Notes: generated by a model not told the origin, from the letters alone. DNA of 64,000 nt from Perna viridis (GCA_037379345.1 CM074524.1:26408750-26472749); one strand, 5' to 3'. Positions 13,684 through 29,100 are shown, counted from the stretch's first letter. Made by a program: numbers and translations.

Positions 13684-13850
13684 TACATTTTTGTACATAT
13701 GGCTACTGGTATGTACATGTAGATGGACTTCAGTTTGTTCCATTTGAATGATTTGTGGCTATTGAACATGACCCTTGAACTTTAACCTGATAAAAAATGA
13801 AACAAAATTGGAATGTTCATTTGGCATGTCTAATGTAATGGATACCTAAT

Positions 13851-13972
13851 TGCATATGGACCGTGTGGGCAGCCTGTAGTTATAATGACAGTGCATATGG
13901 ACCGTGTAGGCAGCCTGTAGTTATAATGACAGTGCATATTGACTATGTGGGCAGCATGTAGTTATAATGACA
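13851..13972. repeat. 41-bp minisatellite, 3 units
   Basis: tgcatatggaccgtgtgggcagcctgtagttataatgacag at 13851, 13892 and 13933. Confidence 0.95.
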
Positions 13973-16900
13973 ATAATCATGTACATGTGTACAGTGTACA
14001 TTACATGTATTTATAGATACAAGACAAGACATCTTGATCATGTTGATCAGTGGTCATGATTACATGTACATGTAGTTAATACCAGATCAGACAGCCTGAG
14101 TCTGTGATGGTGCTGTTTACAGCTACAAGATTGGACAGCTTAGCCAATACATCTTCATTAAATCTGTAATGCATCATTTGTAAGAATTCACATAAAACTT
14201 CCCACTGTGTACTTTGCTCTTTTGTAGCACTTGATTTATCACTAAGGGCACAGTAGGTTGTGTAATAAAACAGTCAATGTTTTCTTGTGTGTAATTACAT
14301 ATCAATGATGAACATCATATTGATTAATGTAACCTTGAATACTGAAATAACACTTGTATCAGCATGTACATGTACATGTACAGGTACATGTAGATGACTG
14401 AATAAATTACTTGTAATTTGATTTTACAAATGATATGGATGTTTTATCCCCATATTGAGGTAGAATAGATTTATTTAAAAAAAAACTTACAGTCATGCAA
14501 ATTGCTCAAATGTTACATGTAATACATAATACCTTTGTACATCTGCTTGTGTACCACTACAATTTGAATTTGAAGATGCATATGGACAGTATGAGTACAT
14601 GGACATGCTCATATGGTACTTGTATTTGGACAACACAACACAAGTCCAAGCTGACAGTAATATTTTCACATTTGTTTCCACATTTTGCACAAAATGAACA
14701 AACTTCTCTGACAAAATTGATGTGGGAGTTGTGGCTTTCCCCCTCTGAATCCATGCATCTGACTGTGTTTTGTACATTTACATGTAGTAATAGTTTAATC
14801 ATCTAGTATGTGACTTTATTATAAGGTAACTGTAATAATGTCTTATACATGTGTACATGTACTTGAGCTACATTTGTGGACCAACACAGATACATTGTAT
14901 GTTGGACTTAATTGTATAGAATTACATGAACCTTAAATATTTTTTTATTCTTTAAATCCTTGTTGTCCATGTGTGGCCCGTGAATGCCAGTATATAAGTT
15001 ACAGACGGGGATTTCAATAACTTTTATTTCAACAGGAGAAATAAAGATTTGAACAGGTTGAAATCATATTTTTTTTTCTGTTTAAGTTCGATAACAAATT
15101 TCAAATTTTAACAGAGATTTCATTGATGTAAAGTGGTGAAATTTGCCTGGTACTTCCTCCTGTTGAAACCCTTTCATAAGTACATTGTGATGCAATTTGT
15201 AAATATAAATTTATTGCCCCACAGTGTTCCAATTTCAAAGTGAGAATTGTACTGTTGAATTTTGCTGAAAAAAAATTCAGTTCATGCACCTGTCAGTTTC
15301 CACATAAATGACAGATATTTTCCTTGATCAGCTCTCTAACTGCCCCTCCCACCTGAAGCACAGGGTCTCCCAATACATTAACTTTTCAGTCTGAAACCTC
15401 TGTCTTCTCATTTCAACCAATATATTAATAAAAAGTAAAGTACATTGACCTTTTTCATGTCAATAACCCTTAGTTTTAACTAGAACATACATTTAATCAG
15501 TCTGACCTTTCTAAAAGGACACAGTTTTTAACTACCATTATGACCAGTATTATCTTTAAAAAGATAAAATCAGTCAATCAGATTGATTTGATTTTTGTAG
15601 ATGTCACCGAATTAGGGACCTGCTTATCACGTACATGTATGAAAATAACAATGAATTGTAGAGAAAAATACATGTACATTTATATAACTGAGATAATCAA
15701 TTGGTTATGGTTAAGAACTATAAAATAAGGGTAACAAAAACATTACTGAACACTAATCCAATCCATAATCAAAGTCAAAATAAATCTGGCAAAATAGATA
15801 CATGTATTACACCACCAAAAGCAGGTAGTACCACAATGGTCCCGACTTAGTACAGGTATTTCAAATGATTCTTTCATTGCAGTAGTGATTAAACAGCATT
15901 TGCATGCTATTGCATCATGATTAGTAAATCGGCAGTCAATAAAATATAGTTACTTATGACAGAAAGTTTGGATATGTACATTTTTTTGTACATGACATGT
16001 ACATTTGTAGATGTACAATTAAATAGTTCATGGAATTTAATTTGTGCATGGAACAAGTTCATGCTGCTAGTAAATCTTGGTGTTATTCAATGCTTGGTGA
16101 TCATTATGGTCACGTAAGTAATGACCAGTAAGCTCAAGCTTCTTATGTCAATAATCACTCAAGGTTAATGTACTGCATTGCCTATTTGTGTAGTAAGAAA
16201 GGGAATAACAATGCTGAGTTATAGAGTTAATCTTATCAGGAGTTCACAGCATGGTGAAAGTCCTCTTTGAACTTTGTTTCTTAAAAGATTAAGTTAATGG
16301 TAGGGTTCCCATTGCACAGTTCAATTAGGGGTACATAATCCGTCTTACACATTTAATAAAGCAGAAATTTAAACTTTGAATTCAAAGAAACCTTGCAAGC
16401 CTTGAGACTATAAAAATAATTATGATGTTTCTTGACACTGATACTTGTAAATATACCTTTTCAGGGAGGATGGTTCACAAACATGCATTTTTCCTGACTT
16501 TGTTTCTGGTCTATTCTGAGAAAATTTAATATGCTTCACCGATTAGAACAATATCACCTGCTAAATCCCTTTATTTTTGCACACACATATCCTTTTTTTG
16601 TACTTGGTATTTTTATGTATTTATTTTAGTACCCAGGGTACTTTCAAGGAAGCCCAGAAAATCAGGAGTACTACATGTACACGTACCTGCATGCGCATAT
16701 ACAATGTGTATGTAAAGACTGCAGTTGATTTAGGTTACAATTACTATATGTAATTTTTTTACCCCTACATCCAAGCATGTTAGGTTACAATTACATGTAA
16801 TATACAAATGTATGTGTAGTTCTTTTACTCCTATGTCCAAGCATACTGCATGTATATGTACATGTACACTTTACACTTATGTGTCCCTTTCTACATATGG

Positions 16901-17077
16901 AAGGACTCACATTTTGTGTAGGTCAGATTGAGATCCTTGATGTGTCTGGGATATTTTAATTGAAACATGGTGAAACTGAAAGGAGACACAATTATTCCAC
17001 AATGGATGTCTGTATTGTATCTTGTATCTCAACATGTTCTTCTACATTGTATTAAAGTAATTATCGTCTTGTTTCAG

Positions 17078-17183
17078 ACAAACCATTTCCAAGCCATAAC
17101 TTAATTTATGATAGGAATGTAACATGTGGTAAAAGTTTGCGAGGGAGTTTTCCTAGCCAGACATGGACCTGTGCTGATATCAG
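17078..17183 (+). CDS. Exon 2 of uncharacterised secreted protein
   Basis: Acceptor cttgtttcag|, donor AG|gtaaaa; open in the phase exon 1 requires: DKPFPSHNLIYDRNVTCGKSLRGSFPSQTWTCADI(R); ends phase 2. Confidence 0.8.
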
Positions 17184-18668
17184 GTAAAAATTGCAAGATT
17201 TTACAAAATGTAATACATTCAAGAAAAACAGTGATCTTCAGAAAGAGCTTTTAAGTAGAAGTCATTTAGTATTCAGCCATAATTGGAGCTATTAAGTTGC
17301 AGCCTTTACTCTTTTTTAAAAAAAAAAGAAAAAAACTTTGTATGCACTAGGCAGAATCATTAATTCCATTAATTTTATTTATAGATACTATGACTAGTTA
17401 ATTTTTTTAGTCTTTAGGCCAAATTAAAACAACTGTATGTTTCCTATAGTTATTACCTTACCTTCTGTATCCTATTTCTTCAATTAAACACATAGTGTAC
17501 CCTTAGGTTGTTTCTTCTTTTTTGGGAGTTTTTGATCCTTCAGGATCAAAATACTGTAACTTATGTCACCGGTCCATCACTGGAAATTCCCTACTATTTC
17601 TGAACACTACACAAAAATATAGTTCAAATGTAGTTCCTTTCAAATCATTTAATACCTCATATTATAACAAGTAAATATGTTTCTTGCAGTTTATCAGCTC
17701 AATAATATTATATTATGTATGCAAATAAAATTAATATCTAGTCTTCATATCAACTCAAAATCTGAGGAAGTCCTTTTTGGCCTTTAAAGGTATTTAGTAA
17801 TAAATTTCACAGTTAGGGAATTTATTTCTTGCAGTAATATGTCTGCAAGGATAAATTGTGTTCAATATTTTTCATTTTAACACATTTATAAGTCAAATTA
17901 GCCATCCTGTCATTAATATTGTACCATTTATAAACAAGTAAATTTGGTGGGAAAATTCAAATTGTAAAATGTCTAGATTTTGAAAATCCTGTGTTATGGA
18001 AATTATTTTCTTAAGCTGATATTGGTTTTATATAAGTAAAGTTGTTATGTAGGATAAATACTCTGTTAATAAAGGTTTTGAACGCAAATGCACATTAACT
18101 TTTTGATAGATTTAAAATTGGGGAAAGAGGTGAAATGGAACAAAATATGTAAATGTGTGTGAAGTTGGATCAGTAGTATAGAATGCCTTTCAGTTTATAG
18201 ATAAAAAAAATGACAGTTCTTTATAGTATTTAAAATGCATTTTGTGATCACAATTTCATTTAACATGATACAATCTTTGAAATTTTATTCATGCTACAAT
18301 TTTCACAAGAATGAAAAACTGCCAATGCTATCAGCACTTAGATTTTCGTTTTACAATAAGCACTATTAATCTCCGATATATATAGACTCAATGTAAAACA
18401 TTAGTAAACAGGAAAAAAATCACTACCACCCACCTTATATTTTTTTTCAAAGGTGTAATACATTAAGGAAACACGTTTTTTTGTTTGTTTTTTTTTTTTC
18501 AGGAGGGGATGCTTACTCTTTTCTCAGTTCGAGCATAGTTTGTTGAAATTCATGTGAAAATTATTGTTTTAAAATATATACAGGCCAAGTTACATAAAGA
18601 ATTAAAGTGAAAACTTCCAAGATATACAATGTACATTATTTACATTTAAAGGAGTAATCTTACATTAT

Positions 18669-19707
18669 CAGTGATTGGGATTACCGTGCGCCATAGTCAC
18701 ATTTCCTCTTAGAATGGCACATTGAGTAACTAATGTTGGTCATGTGCACGCATTAAGTTTCCATCAGTGATGGTGGATTGTTGTCCACTGCTTGTGACAG
18801 TAAAAAAGACCATCAGATGCCATAGTCACATTTCCTCTTAGAATGGCTCATTGAGTAACTAATGTGTCCACTGCTTGTGACAGTAAAAAGGGCATGAGCA
18901 TGTCTTTTAACAATGTTTTTATTAGCTGAGGCGATTGTTTTGATCACCACGTTTTTGAGGGGATTTGAAGACCGGGGAATGAAACGATACTTTCTCGATT
19001 TTTAAGATTACCGGTACATATTCTTGATAATAAATATCAGAAAAGCGTGGACTGGCGGTCCCATTTGAAATTGAAAATGCCACCTAAGACATTTTTAAGC
19101 TAGACCCAAAACAGAAGAAATTATCTTTTTCAATGCCTAAATAAATATTAATGATGGTAATTACCAGAATCAAACTGCAGGTGTTGTAGAAACTAACTTG
19201 GTAGCTGGACACGATTACGAACCCCCTATTGAAAATATTGATAATGGTGGAGACATATTATCTGGTCCTGAAGCACCCTAAAAGAATCCATATCTGATTT
19301 CAGCCAAACAAAAGAAATAAACTCTTTCCTATCATTTGTGATGAACTACTTTAATAGCCAAGTTAGGGTCTAACTGATGGGAAATCTGTGGACTATGATA
19401 AAGGACTAGACAATATATTAGTATAAAACTCAAACAACAGAAAAGAGAAATGATTTGATGTGACAATTAATTGACATGTTAATTGTTAACTCTTAATAAA
19501 CATTTGATCTGTAGTGTAAATCAAAGTTTGTTTATGCTACAAATGTACATTTGGTCTTCAATATCTATGTCTAGCTGGCCTTAGCTGTTATTCCAAATTT
19601 TGTCCCATATTTTTTTTAGATTGGCCCATTGAAATTGAAAATTTCCTATTGAATTGAAGGGTAAGGGGGCCGTAGTCCCATTGGCAAAATTTTAATCCCA
19701 ATAACTG
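18669..19707. mobile_element. Non-autonomous DNA transposon with 15-bp TIRs and 6-bp TSD
   Basis: cagtgattgggatta / taatcccaataactg, flanked by cattat on both sides; retains more CpG than the surrounding intron. Confidence 0.75.
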
Positions 19708-20564
19708 CATTATTCATATGTCCTTGACATAAGAATAAAGTATACATTCAAATGTGAGTAAATATAACCCTTATTTAAGTAAATTTCATTTTGTTTGAAT
19801 ACAAAACATGAAAAATAATAGAATAAAGACTTCAAGATACATGTATGAAAAAATCTTTCATGGACAATTTGACAGTTGTTAATGCCGGCCCTATGGCAAT
19901 GTCTGACTTTTACTTGAAAATAAGGTTAAATCATGCCTAATAAAGAATATTCTGATGGTTAAGGGCATATCTTTGTAAAAATTACAAACGTTACATAAGC
20001 ATGACGAAGATTTAATGGTTTGCCCTGTTTGATACAAGTATATGTCTGTATTTTATCTTATGAAAAACCACAAGTTCTACAGCTAATTTTATCTTGGGCT
20101 ATATACTTTTTTGTTGTTGAAAACAGCCTTTTAAATAATGTACATGTATATACCTTGATATTTGTATATATACGGTTCAACCCTATCCGAAGTTGAATAC
20201 ATGTGGTTGTTTAGATAGTTAGGTTTGATTATAAGGCAAGCACTGAAGCAGTCCATGAAGGTTGATTTTATGATTTTGTTGTGGATCAAGACATATGTAA
20301 AGGAATTAGGTAAGAAATATAATTTGGACACCACAAGACTCTTGGTGAGAAGATCTTGGAAAAGTAAAACATAAAAAAATCAGGACAGATTAATACCCCG
20401 CTCCAAAAACAAGAAAGAAAAAAAACCAAACTGGAAATCATTGAGATGGAATCCATATCTGGGGTCCCCGTTGTGGCAATTAAGCCTTTTATTTTAGAAG
20501 AAACAAGGTACATGTATTTAACATTGAGGTCTAAGTTCAAGGACATATAGGCCGCTATCTATTG

Positions 20565-21020
20565 TATGCATTTCATTGTCTTTGGGTGATCTACCCACAT
20601 GTCAAATATCAAATCCCAGACAGACAAAAGAAGTTACAGCCAAGACTCAAGTTTATCACCAATAAAACAGGAATTTGACCTAGAGGTCAAAATTCAAGGT
20701 TGTACATTGTAGGTTACTATCCATGGTTTGTGACACATCATTGTTTGGTGATCTACCCATATGCCAAATATCAAAAGCCTACATCAAGAGACAAAAAAAC
20801 ATGAGCCCAGACATGAGTTTGTCACTGAAAACAGGGATTTTAGGTCATAGGTGACTGAATGATACATGACCACATTGTCTTTAGGTGATCTAAATTATTC
20901 GCACATGCAAAATAGCAAAAGTCTGCATCAAAAGACATATAAAGTTATAGCCCAGACACAAGTTTGATGTAACAGACAGACAGACAGACTAATCATTTTT
21001 ATTGGCAGGTCCTAATAAAA
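20565..21020 (-). mobile_element. Helentron-type element remnant with three ~140-160 bp internal repeats
   Basis: gtgatcta...ca.atg..aaata.caaa recurs at about 20586, 20748 and 20885, followed by (acag)n. Confidence 0.55.
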
Positions 21021-21846
21021 CAAACTAAAATCTAAATTGTTAGAGCACTTATCAAACTAGTAAACAAATCTAATAGTTTGTTGCTTTCTATGATACATGC
21101 ATCTTGTTTTATATTCAGTTAACCACAACTTTTTTTTCTTTTCATGGACACAACATATCCATTAGAGGAGGAACCTAAAACTTGAATTTTAATTGCCTTA
21201 CATGTACGTGTATTTCCTAATGACATTATTTTATGACAGGGTTTTTGTTAAATTTAATATTAGGGCTGATAGATCTGATGGTATAAAGTCATTTACAGCA
21301 TGTGTTAGAAGTCCTATAATTACCTTAATGCAGGCTACAATGTATGTGGTAGTATCGTCTTGATTTTGATCATTATTAAAACAGTATCTGTTTTGTTGTA
21401 GGGGTTTTCCCTGTACATTTTTCTGTTAAGTACTTGTACTTGGGGACCTCGTGGTTTGTTAAGATGACAAGGACAGTATGATATAAATGGTTGTATACCA
21501 AAAATGATCACTTCTACAAATCAGTCTGCATACAATGTAGTTTATACAAATTTCAACCATAAATTAAACTCTACATACAACAATAGTCATTATATTATAA
21601 AATTTTACATAGTATATATGTTTAAAATGACAAAATTCTAGAGTTAATTGGAACAAGTTCAGCCAAAAGTTTGGATTGTCACATAGTATTAACATGCAGT
21701 GAACAGTTCTGTTTAATATACCAGAGCAAGGATCTGACAAATCTGCATAATTTTTTACCTTTCAAATTATTGTTACATTGAATAACTTAAATTTCTAGCA
21801 CTCCCAATAGTGGCTGTATCAAGTATAAATGAAAGTCTTTTTTCTA

Positions 21847-22055
21847 GTGTGGAAGTATTATGGTTCATGGGGTACCAATATTCGTTGTTTTGTTGGTTCG
21901 GTTAACCACGAAATTTGATTTCCAACAAAAAAATATTTCCAATTCATTTATACGATAAAAAAGTTGTCAAATCCGAACATTCAAAAATCTACATACTGAT
22001 AATTATTCCTTAAACCATGAAAAATGGTACCCACGAATTAAAAGTACTTTCCCAT
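21847..22055. mobile_element. MITE; second copy at about 39110-39346
   Basis: Shared gaaaa(a/t)tggta(c/t)ccac.aat(t)aaaagtactttc end and imperfect inverted termini. Confidence 0.55.
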
Positions 22056-22161
22056 ATTTTTTTTTCTATTGTTACTTTTTTTCGGGCTTATTAATGGAAT
22101 ATCACAGTTCTAATAAGATGAAACCAATCACCATCTTTTCAGGCATATTCATATACATGTA

Positions 22162-22395
22162 TAAGGCATAAAAAAAATTCTGTGTTTCTGGTAATGCTGT
22201 AGCATTTTAATTAATCTGATGTAGAAAGTACTTGCAAGTTGTACATGAAAATGCACATTATAGTGGTGTCTTAATAGAGGCAGCAAAACTGGTACTCTGG
22301 TTTCGATGTCCTGCAAATGTATAAATTAAAAAAAAATCATAACTGCTAACCCTAATTCGAAGATGTTACCAGTAACACAGAATTTTTTTATTCCG
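22162..22395. mobile_element. MITE with long TIRs
   Basis: ataaaaaaaaattctgtgtttctggtaa / ttaccagtaacacagaattttttta. Confidence 0.6.
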
Positions 22396-23259
22396 GTGGA
22401 AGACTGGTCAGAGGAACATTTGTTTTACTAATTTGTTATTTATTTATACAATATAGTCAATGTAATTTGATATCAAGTTAATCACTAAAGACTACCACAT
22501 GTTACTGTAGACTGAAACCAGATATTCCAGTAATACCATACAACTAAACAATTTATATGTTTTAGATGAAGTAATTACTGGTAATGTATTTATGGTTCAG
22601 TCATAGAAACTTGTATTTGTTGCCAAGATTTTATAAATTCTTTGCTTTGAAATTGAAGATTTTCCAGAACAGATGGTTCAGATACTAATTCTGAGTTCAT
22701 CATCATTACAAAGCATTTTCCAAGACAGAAATGATTAAAAGAAATGTATTTATAGATGAACTGTTAGTTGGCAGTAGATATTGTGTGATGGTTTAGTTGG
22801 AAGTATATGGAATATGGAAGTGTGAAAAAATCCCCAATGTCTGACTAAATTTTGGACCAGATATTTAATCGTGAGTTACAAATGTATCCCCCCTTGTTTA
22901 TTAGCTTCTGGACCTGGTGCTGTACTGGTACTGTATTATATATCAACTGTGCAAATTAAGGCTCTATTACCTAATCTTACTTTCTATTTCCATGTTTAAT
23001 GGGGGCTGGCCTGTAGCAGTTTTAAAGATTAAAAAAGCTTTCAAAATTTATTTTCAAGAAGACATGATACATTGAACAAACTGCTAAATTTTAATGGTGT
23101 TGTAATGCAATATTATAGAGTGGCAGGTGGGAATCTACCATCTACTGTCCCTTTATGGTAACTATACTTGTCAAAATTAGGTGTTTTTCCTGTTTCTATA
23201 TTTATTTGTGAGTTTATTGTCTCAATAAATGGTGGTTAATGATGATATAAGACATTGCC

Positions 23260-23320
23260 AGTGTTATGAACGTCATACAAGTGTTATGAACATCATACAA
23301 GTGTTATGAACATCATACAA
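23260..23320. repeat. 20-bp tandem repeat x3
   Basis: agtgttatgaacatcataca units. Confidence 0.95.
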
Positions 23321-24767
23321 TTTCATGTAGCTATTGTGATTTAATTTAGTAATAATGGAAATGTAAACTTTTTTGGTGATGAGCTGAGAAGATAATATGA
23401 TACTCAGTGGGAAGATTTCTGCCTACATCTTCTTAGTCACACCATGCATTGTTATGACTTCAGATTGAAAATGAATTGTATAAAGAGAGATAAATTATTT
23501 TTATGCAATATCAATTTATGTTTTATTGTATTTTAGTCTGTTTGTTTAGCAGATGATAAAATTTAACTACTTTTTTTGTCATGCACTAAAGGATTAAACT
23601 GTATGTTGTGTACAGAAAAAAAAATTCTTAAATTCTGAATTCTTGTTCATCAAATAAATATGATTTAACATGAACAATTTGTTTAAATGCTGGCTGAATT
23701 TCTGCTAAAAGATTTTTTTTTTGTTATGCCTCTTATTATCAAAGCAGTAAACTGTAGTGTTGCTTTTATGGACATATATGTAGATACAATTTTATGGCTG
23801 AACAATCAAGAATTGTGCGTGTGTATGAATATTTTATAATCTTCTATACTAGTACATTTCACCATCCTACAAAATTGGTTCATATCTAACTGCAATGTAG
23901 TAGTTTTCCCAGAAGCTGTTACAATGTACATGTACATTGTACTTTTTTAGTTATATACATTCTTCTGTGAATGCATCAATGCATGCAGGGGTGAATCCAG
24001 GAGATGAGTGTGTTGGGGGGTATGCATAGAATTAAAGGCTCAATGAAGCAAGGGGGGATTTGTGAATGATCATGGTGTCATGCAAAAATGAAAATTCTAA
24101 ATTTTAGGGAGGTGTGCACACCAGTCCAGTGGTAGCCATTTTTTGAGATGCTCTGTTGATGACAAAAAAGTCAGTAGATTATTGAAACTTAATTTACTTA
24201 TCAAATTACAATGTACAAATAAAAAAAAAATGGTAAAGAAATTCAATTTTTATAAAATTTGTACAACCATAAAACTTTAAACATATAACTTTGTAGGCCA
24301 ACTGGCGCAATGATATGTGCATTAATGTAAACATGTTTCTGGTTTAGAAAACTGTAATAGATCTAGAAGCACAGCATGAATTGTCTGATACATATTTTGT
24401 TATAACAAAGATGCTCTAAAATTTATATTTCTTGTGTAATCTGATGAATAATTAGCCCAATTCAATTCATAATTAGTCAAATTTGATGAATAATATTAGC
24501 CCAATTTGTATTAACTACTCAGAATCTCTGTTTAATAGACATCATAGGTGTGCTATCTTAAATGAACATCATTTATTCCTGTCTAATGCAGCTGTACACC
24601 AGCTGTGCCTGTGGGGGAAAGGGGAGGGAACATTAGATGCTCTTCATGGGCTGTTATTCAGTGAAAAATGTACATCACATACAAATGTAGATACATTTAC
24701 ATGAACTTCCAATATTTAATTGTTCGTCAAAGGTAAGCTTACATGAGGATGATAGTTACTAAAATGA

Positions 24768-24952
24768 GACTTACCCTACCGTTGCTCCCAGTTTTTAGTA
24801 GGGCCTGAGTTTTTCATTTAATTTCATTACTTTGTATGTATTATTTTAGTTACTTTATGTTCTTTATTGTATTTTTTTTCCATGTCTGGTCTTTGTCCTT
24901 GGATTACATTCTTTTGTTTCAGCTAGAATCTTGGTGCCCTTGATTACCCTTC
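24768..24952 (+). mobile_element. Family A PLE 3' UTR copy (partial)
   Basis: cttaccctacc...gctcccagtttttagt...ttggtgcccttgattaccctt matches the family 3' end. Confidence 0.7.
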
Positions 24953-25689
24953 GTCCATCTAGTTGAAATACTGTACATGTAGTCTATAAACCATAGACCA
25001 TCAGCTTAAGTCCTTTGTTCAATACCTTTTGTGGACTATTGTACATTTCCAAAAAAAAAAAAATCGTAAGTGTGAATTTAGTCATAAGTTACGACTTAAT
25101 AATAGATCAAAATAGTGAACTTACCACTAACTTTACACTTACAATTTTTTTGTGAAATCAACCACAGATGATTATATCTGTCTGATAAAGATAAAGAAAT
25201 GTAAACATTGTACATATTATAAGTTATTACCTCCAAGGTGACCCTCTGTGGTTATTTAGACAGTCAGTAGATTTTGTGAGGTATTAGCTGAATCCCTCCA
25301 ACACTTTTGACTATCTAAATAAACATTGACGGTTACAGGAGCTTATAACTTTTTTGTACAATTTTGCTTATCTACATTAGGGGAAATAAATTTTCTTTGA
25401 AGTTTTTTTGGAAATCATTCTGTGGTTACTAGATAAAATCTAGTTTTATCTTGGCATTCAGGTCAATTGTAAACATTGGTAGGTAGCGTGATCAGTGAAC
25501 TGTCTGGGTCAAATTGTTTAAAAGTGCACACTTAGCATGTGTAGTTTTATTGACAGAGACATCATTCTGCAACTGTTCTTACCATTGGTGGATGCATTTT
25601 CCTTATATGTGGTCAACACAATGCAGAATTATACAAATATATATACTTCCTCTCATTGTATGGTTAGTGTACAATATATCTTGGAATCG

Positions 25690-26155
25690 CCTAATGTCTG
25701 TCTGTCCGTCATTCCGTCTGTCTGAATTTAGTTGCATCTTGGCTCACAACAGAATATGATTGGTTTCAAATGTTGTGTTTTGTGTTAATGTATACATGAC
25801 ATGCATTTTAAGTGGTTTAAACTTGTTTGATAGTTTATCCATCATTTTATCCATTTCTCAAAATTTAGTCCCAATTATTCTGGCTCCCATTTGATTGATA
25901 AATTTCAAATTTGGTGTGTGGCTTAACATAGATTAGGCATTCATTGTATGAGGGTGCTGCCCTATATCAACTATCTGTTTTGTGGGACTTTGTCATTTTT
26001 CATTGTCATTGTCACACAAAAAAAATCTTGGCTCCCAGTGGATGATTTGGTTACAAACTTGGTGTGTTCCTTTATATAGCTAGTGCATATGTTTAAAGCA
26101 ATTTTAGTTGCTTTCCAATATCAACTTCCTGTACAAGTAGGGGTATACCTAGCAC
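25690..26155 (+). mobile_element. Degenerate Helentron-type element
   Basis: (gtct/gtcc)n microsatellite followed by diverged repeats containing aaa(t/c)ttggtgtgt. Confidence 0.4.
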
Positions 26156-29100
26156 ATCTTTGTGTGCAACTTCATGATAATTATAATCAACAATTTGAAG
26201 GTTTCTTTTTCCCTAAGACATCATGTATGAAATTATATCATATAAATCAACCGCTCTCTTTGTAAAAGCCTTTGATGATAGAACCACAAGGGCAAAAACG
26301 TAAAATGCATGTATGTATAATATGTATTTATGTTATTACAGGCAAGTCACTGATACATCATTGTATGTTTTGGGCATCTAGATTACCTAATTAATATTAT
26401 TTAGCATTTTAATGACTTATTTAATTAACATTTGCAATTATACAATATATATATATTCTCAAAATGAACTTTGTACAGAAATATTTGATTTATTCTCTTA
26501 CTTAAAGATGCATGTAGAATAATTATAAACATTTGGAGACATAAAAGTTATATATTTGATTAACCAAATGTCAGACGATTTTGTCACATTAGTGACGTCA
26601 AAACTTTTCAAACCATATCCTTGATATTGATCAATTGATCTTTGGTGGCAAACTTAATTTTAGTTCCACAATTATCTCTTGGCAACAAACCAAAAGGAAG
26701 GAAGTTAGAACTTCCTTAGAACTGAATGGACTTCACAAATGCAAGTGTGACAAATACTTACAGTGACCATGTACAGTGTACATTTACTCAAATAATTATG
26801 TATTGTTAACATTGAAATAGAAATTTTATTGATATTTTTCAATCATTATCTATGATTTATCAATAGATATATGTTTTGTCTCTATGAAGCTTTAGTACAT
26901 GTGCATGGCCATGTGTATTTAGTTCATAAAAAAAGGTATATGCATGTATCTAAGTACCATACTACCTATATTGTATGTTTATGAGACTGCGTGTTGAAAT
27001 TTTGATTTTTTTTCCAAGAACCCTTCTAAAACAACACTTGCACCAATACAAAGTGTTTGATTTTTAAATTGTTAACCTTCTTTGAAATATTTGAAATTTA
27101 ACCTAAGATTTGTATTACAAATTACATAATATAGATTGCCATTCTACAATGACTCTACATGTATATCTTGATTATATAATGAAACATAACAGAATGACTA
27201 GGTACATGTATTATGATAAGGAGAATAGAAAGTTACACTTAATTAAGTAACACAGGTGATCTTATACATTTACATGTGATAGTAGTTACAGACACTTTTC
27301 ATGTTGTTTTCTTTCCGTGTTTCAAAAGATTGATAACTTATTTTGTTTAAGAAGGAGTTCATATCATTCTGACCAATGACATGAAACCATCTGTCTTTAT
27401 TATGTGAGCCTGAAAAATTTGTATTTGAACATAAAATGTACACTTTTTTGTAATATTTCAACCATAAGGGAAAATGCAGCTTTTTTAACTTTACAGGCAG
27501 GCACTGTCTGGTAGTATAGAAACACCACAAAAAAATGAGCAGAATGATTATGAAAATAGAACAGATGTTTTCCTCACTTTTTTTTTCTATATAACTTAAA
27601 TGCCACTAATATATATCTGTCATTCCTCAATATCACTCTCATATACTTGATCGAGTATTTCATATCCTTTTCTCAATTTTTAGGTTGTAAATTGATTATA
27701 GTTATGCATTTCTTTTATGTTTAGGTTCCTTTATCCCAAGAGTTAAAAAATTTCTTTAATTTTTTGTTAAAACAGTATTTTCTGGACATTCGAAAATCTT
27801 TCAAGAGGAATAATTGTTGTATCTTAAAAAAAGTTATGAAATTGGCTAAAAAATTCAATTCAATTCTTTGAAATAAAAAATTCCCTATCTGTTTGTTTCT
27901 GTTACTTTTTATGGCCCTTACATAACTAAATTGGCATATACTGAAGTATGCTATTACATTAAGACAGTTGGCAAAAACTATGGACTTAAACCACCTGCTG
28001 TGTTGCCATGAGTATGCATTAACTTGTGCTGAATGCAATATGTGGACAGTTTTTATAAATGTGTTATATTTTTTACCAATCTCTGCCTGGTGTTTTGTAA
28101 ATTATACAATAGATGTAGTCATAGGAATGTACAATACAAGATAAAAGTGTCAGTTGTCATTACCTGAGGGGTGTTGGCTTAGGCCAACTTTCTGTACTAT
28201 GAATTGTAAACCTATTTGTACTACAAGTTTTATGTGATGCCAAATTGAATTGGTTGTGTTAATTGAATTGAAACACACATACAATGTATGTATATATTTT
28301 TTTAAAATATCACAACAAGATTTCTATTAATTTAATTATAAACCCCTACATTGTACCTTATAATAATCATGTAAACTTAACTCAATTTCTTATCCTGCTT
28401 ATTTGTGATGTTATTAAACTTGGAATTCAGAGCATTTGATCTCACAGAAATTAGGTTTGAAAATATCTTTGAAGAATGACTCCAAGTTTTATTTTAATTG
28501 AAGTTTAAACTTGTACCTCACAAATATTTCTTTTTTCCCTCAAACTGTTTCTGTTGCTACTTAGGCCCTACTTGTTGTTCTTCCTTCTTTTTGTTGACAA
28601 GACTAATGTTTAACTTCAGACAGCCCCTGTATTAAATGTCCACAAGTGTAGAAATGGAGCATATGTAATCCAAATTACAAGTTCATAAATTACATACTTG
28701 TACATGTAGTTGTAAAAGGAAAGTTGGGAAAATGCCCATATTGAAACAACTTTACCCTCACGGTAAATACATGAACAAAAAGCATAATGCTATATATATG
28801 TAATTGACAACTTGAACTTAGAACTTGTTGTAAAATGAATAGGTTACAAATAGAGTTTAAGATTACTTCAAAGGCATGGCAATAATTCTACATTTTCAAA
28901 TTTGTACTAATGCTGTCTGTATTATTTGGCCTTCAGTGGAAAAATAGGTCAACCACCAGAGCATATAATATAATGTTTTATGTACTCAAGCCCCACAATG
29001 AACTAAAGGGAAATTGACACCATTGTAGTCACAACACTAGATTTTTGTAAATAGAAATGTTAAAATTCTCTTGACAATGACACATATCAGCTTTCTATTT

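Noticed and set aside
12214-13972. 41-bp repeats as CRISPR-like arrays
   Set aside because: Units are contiguous with no unique spacers, and the context is eukaryotic.
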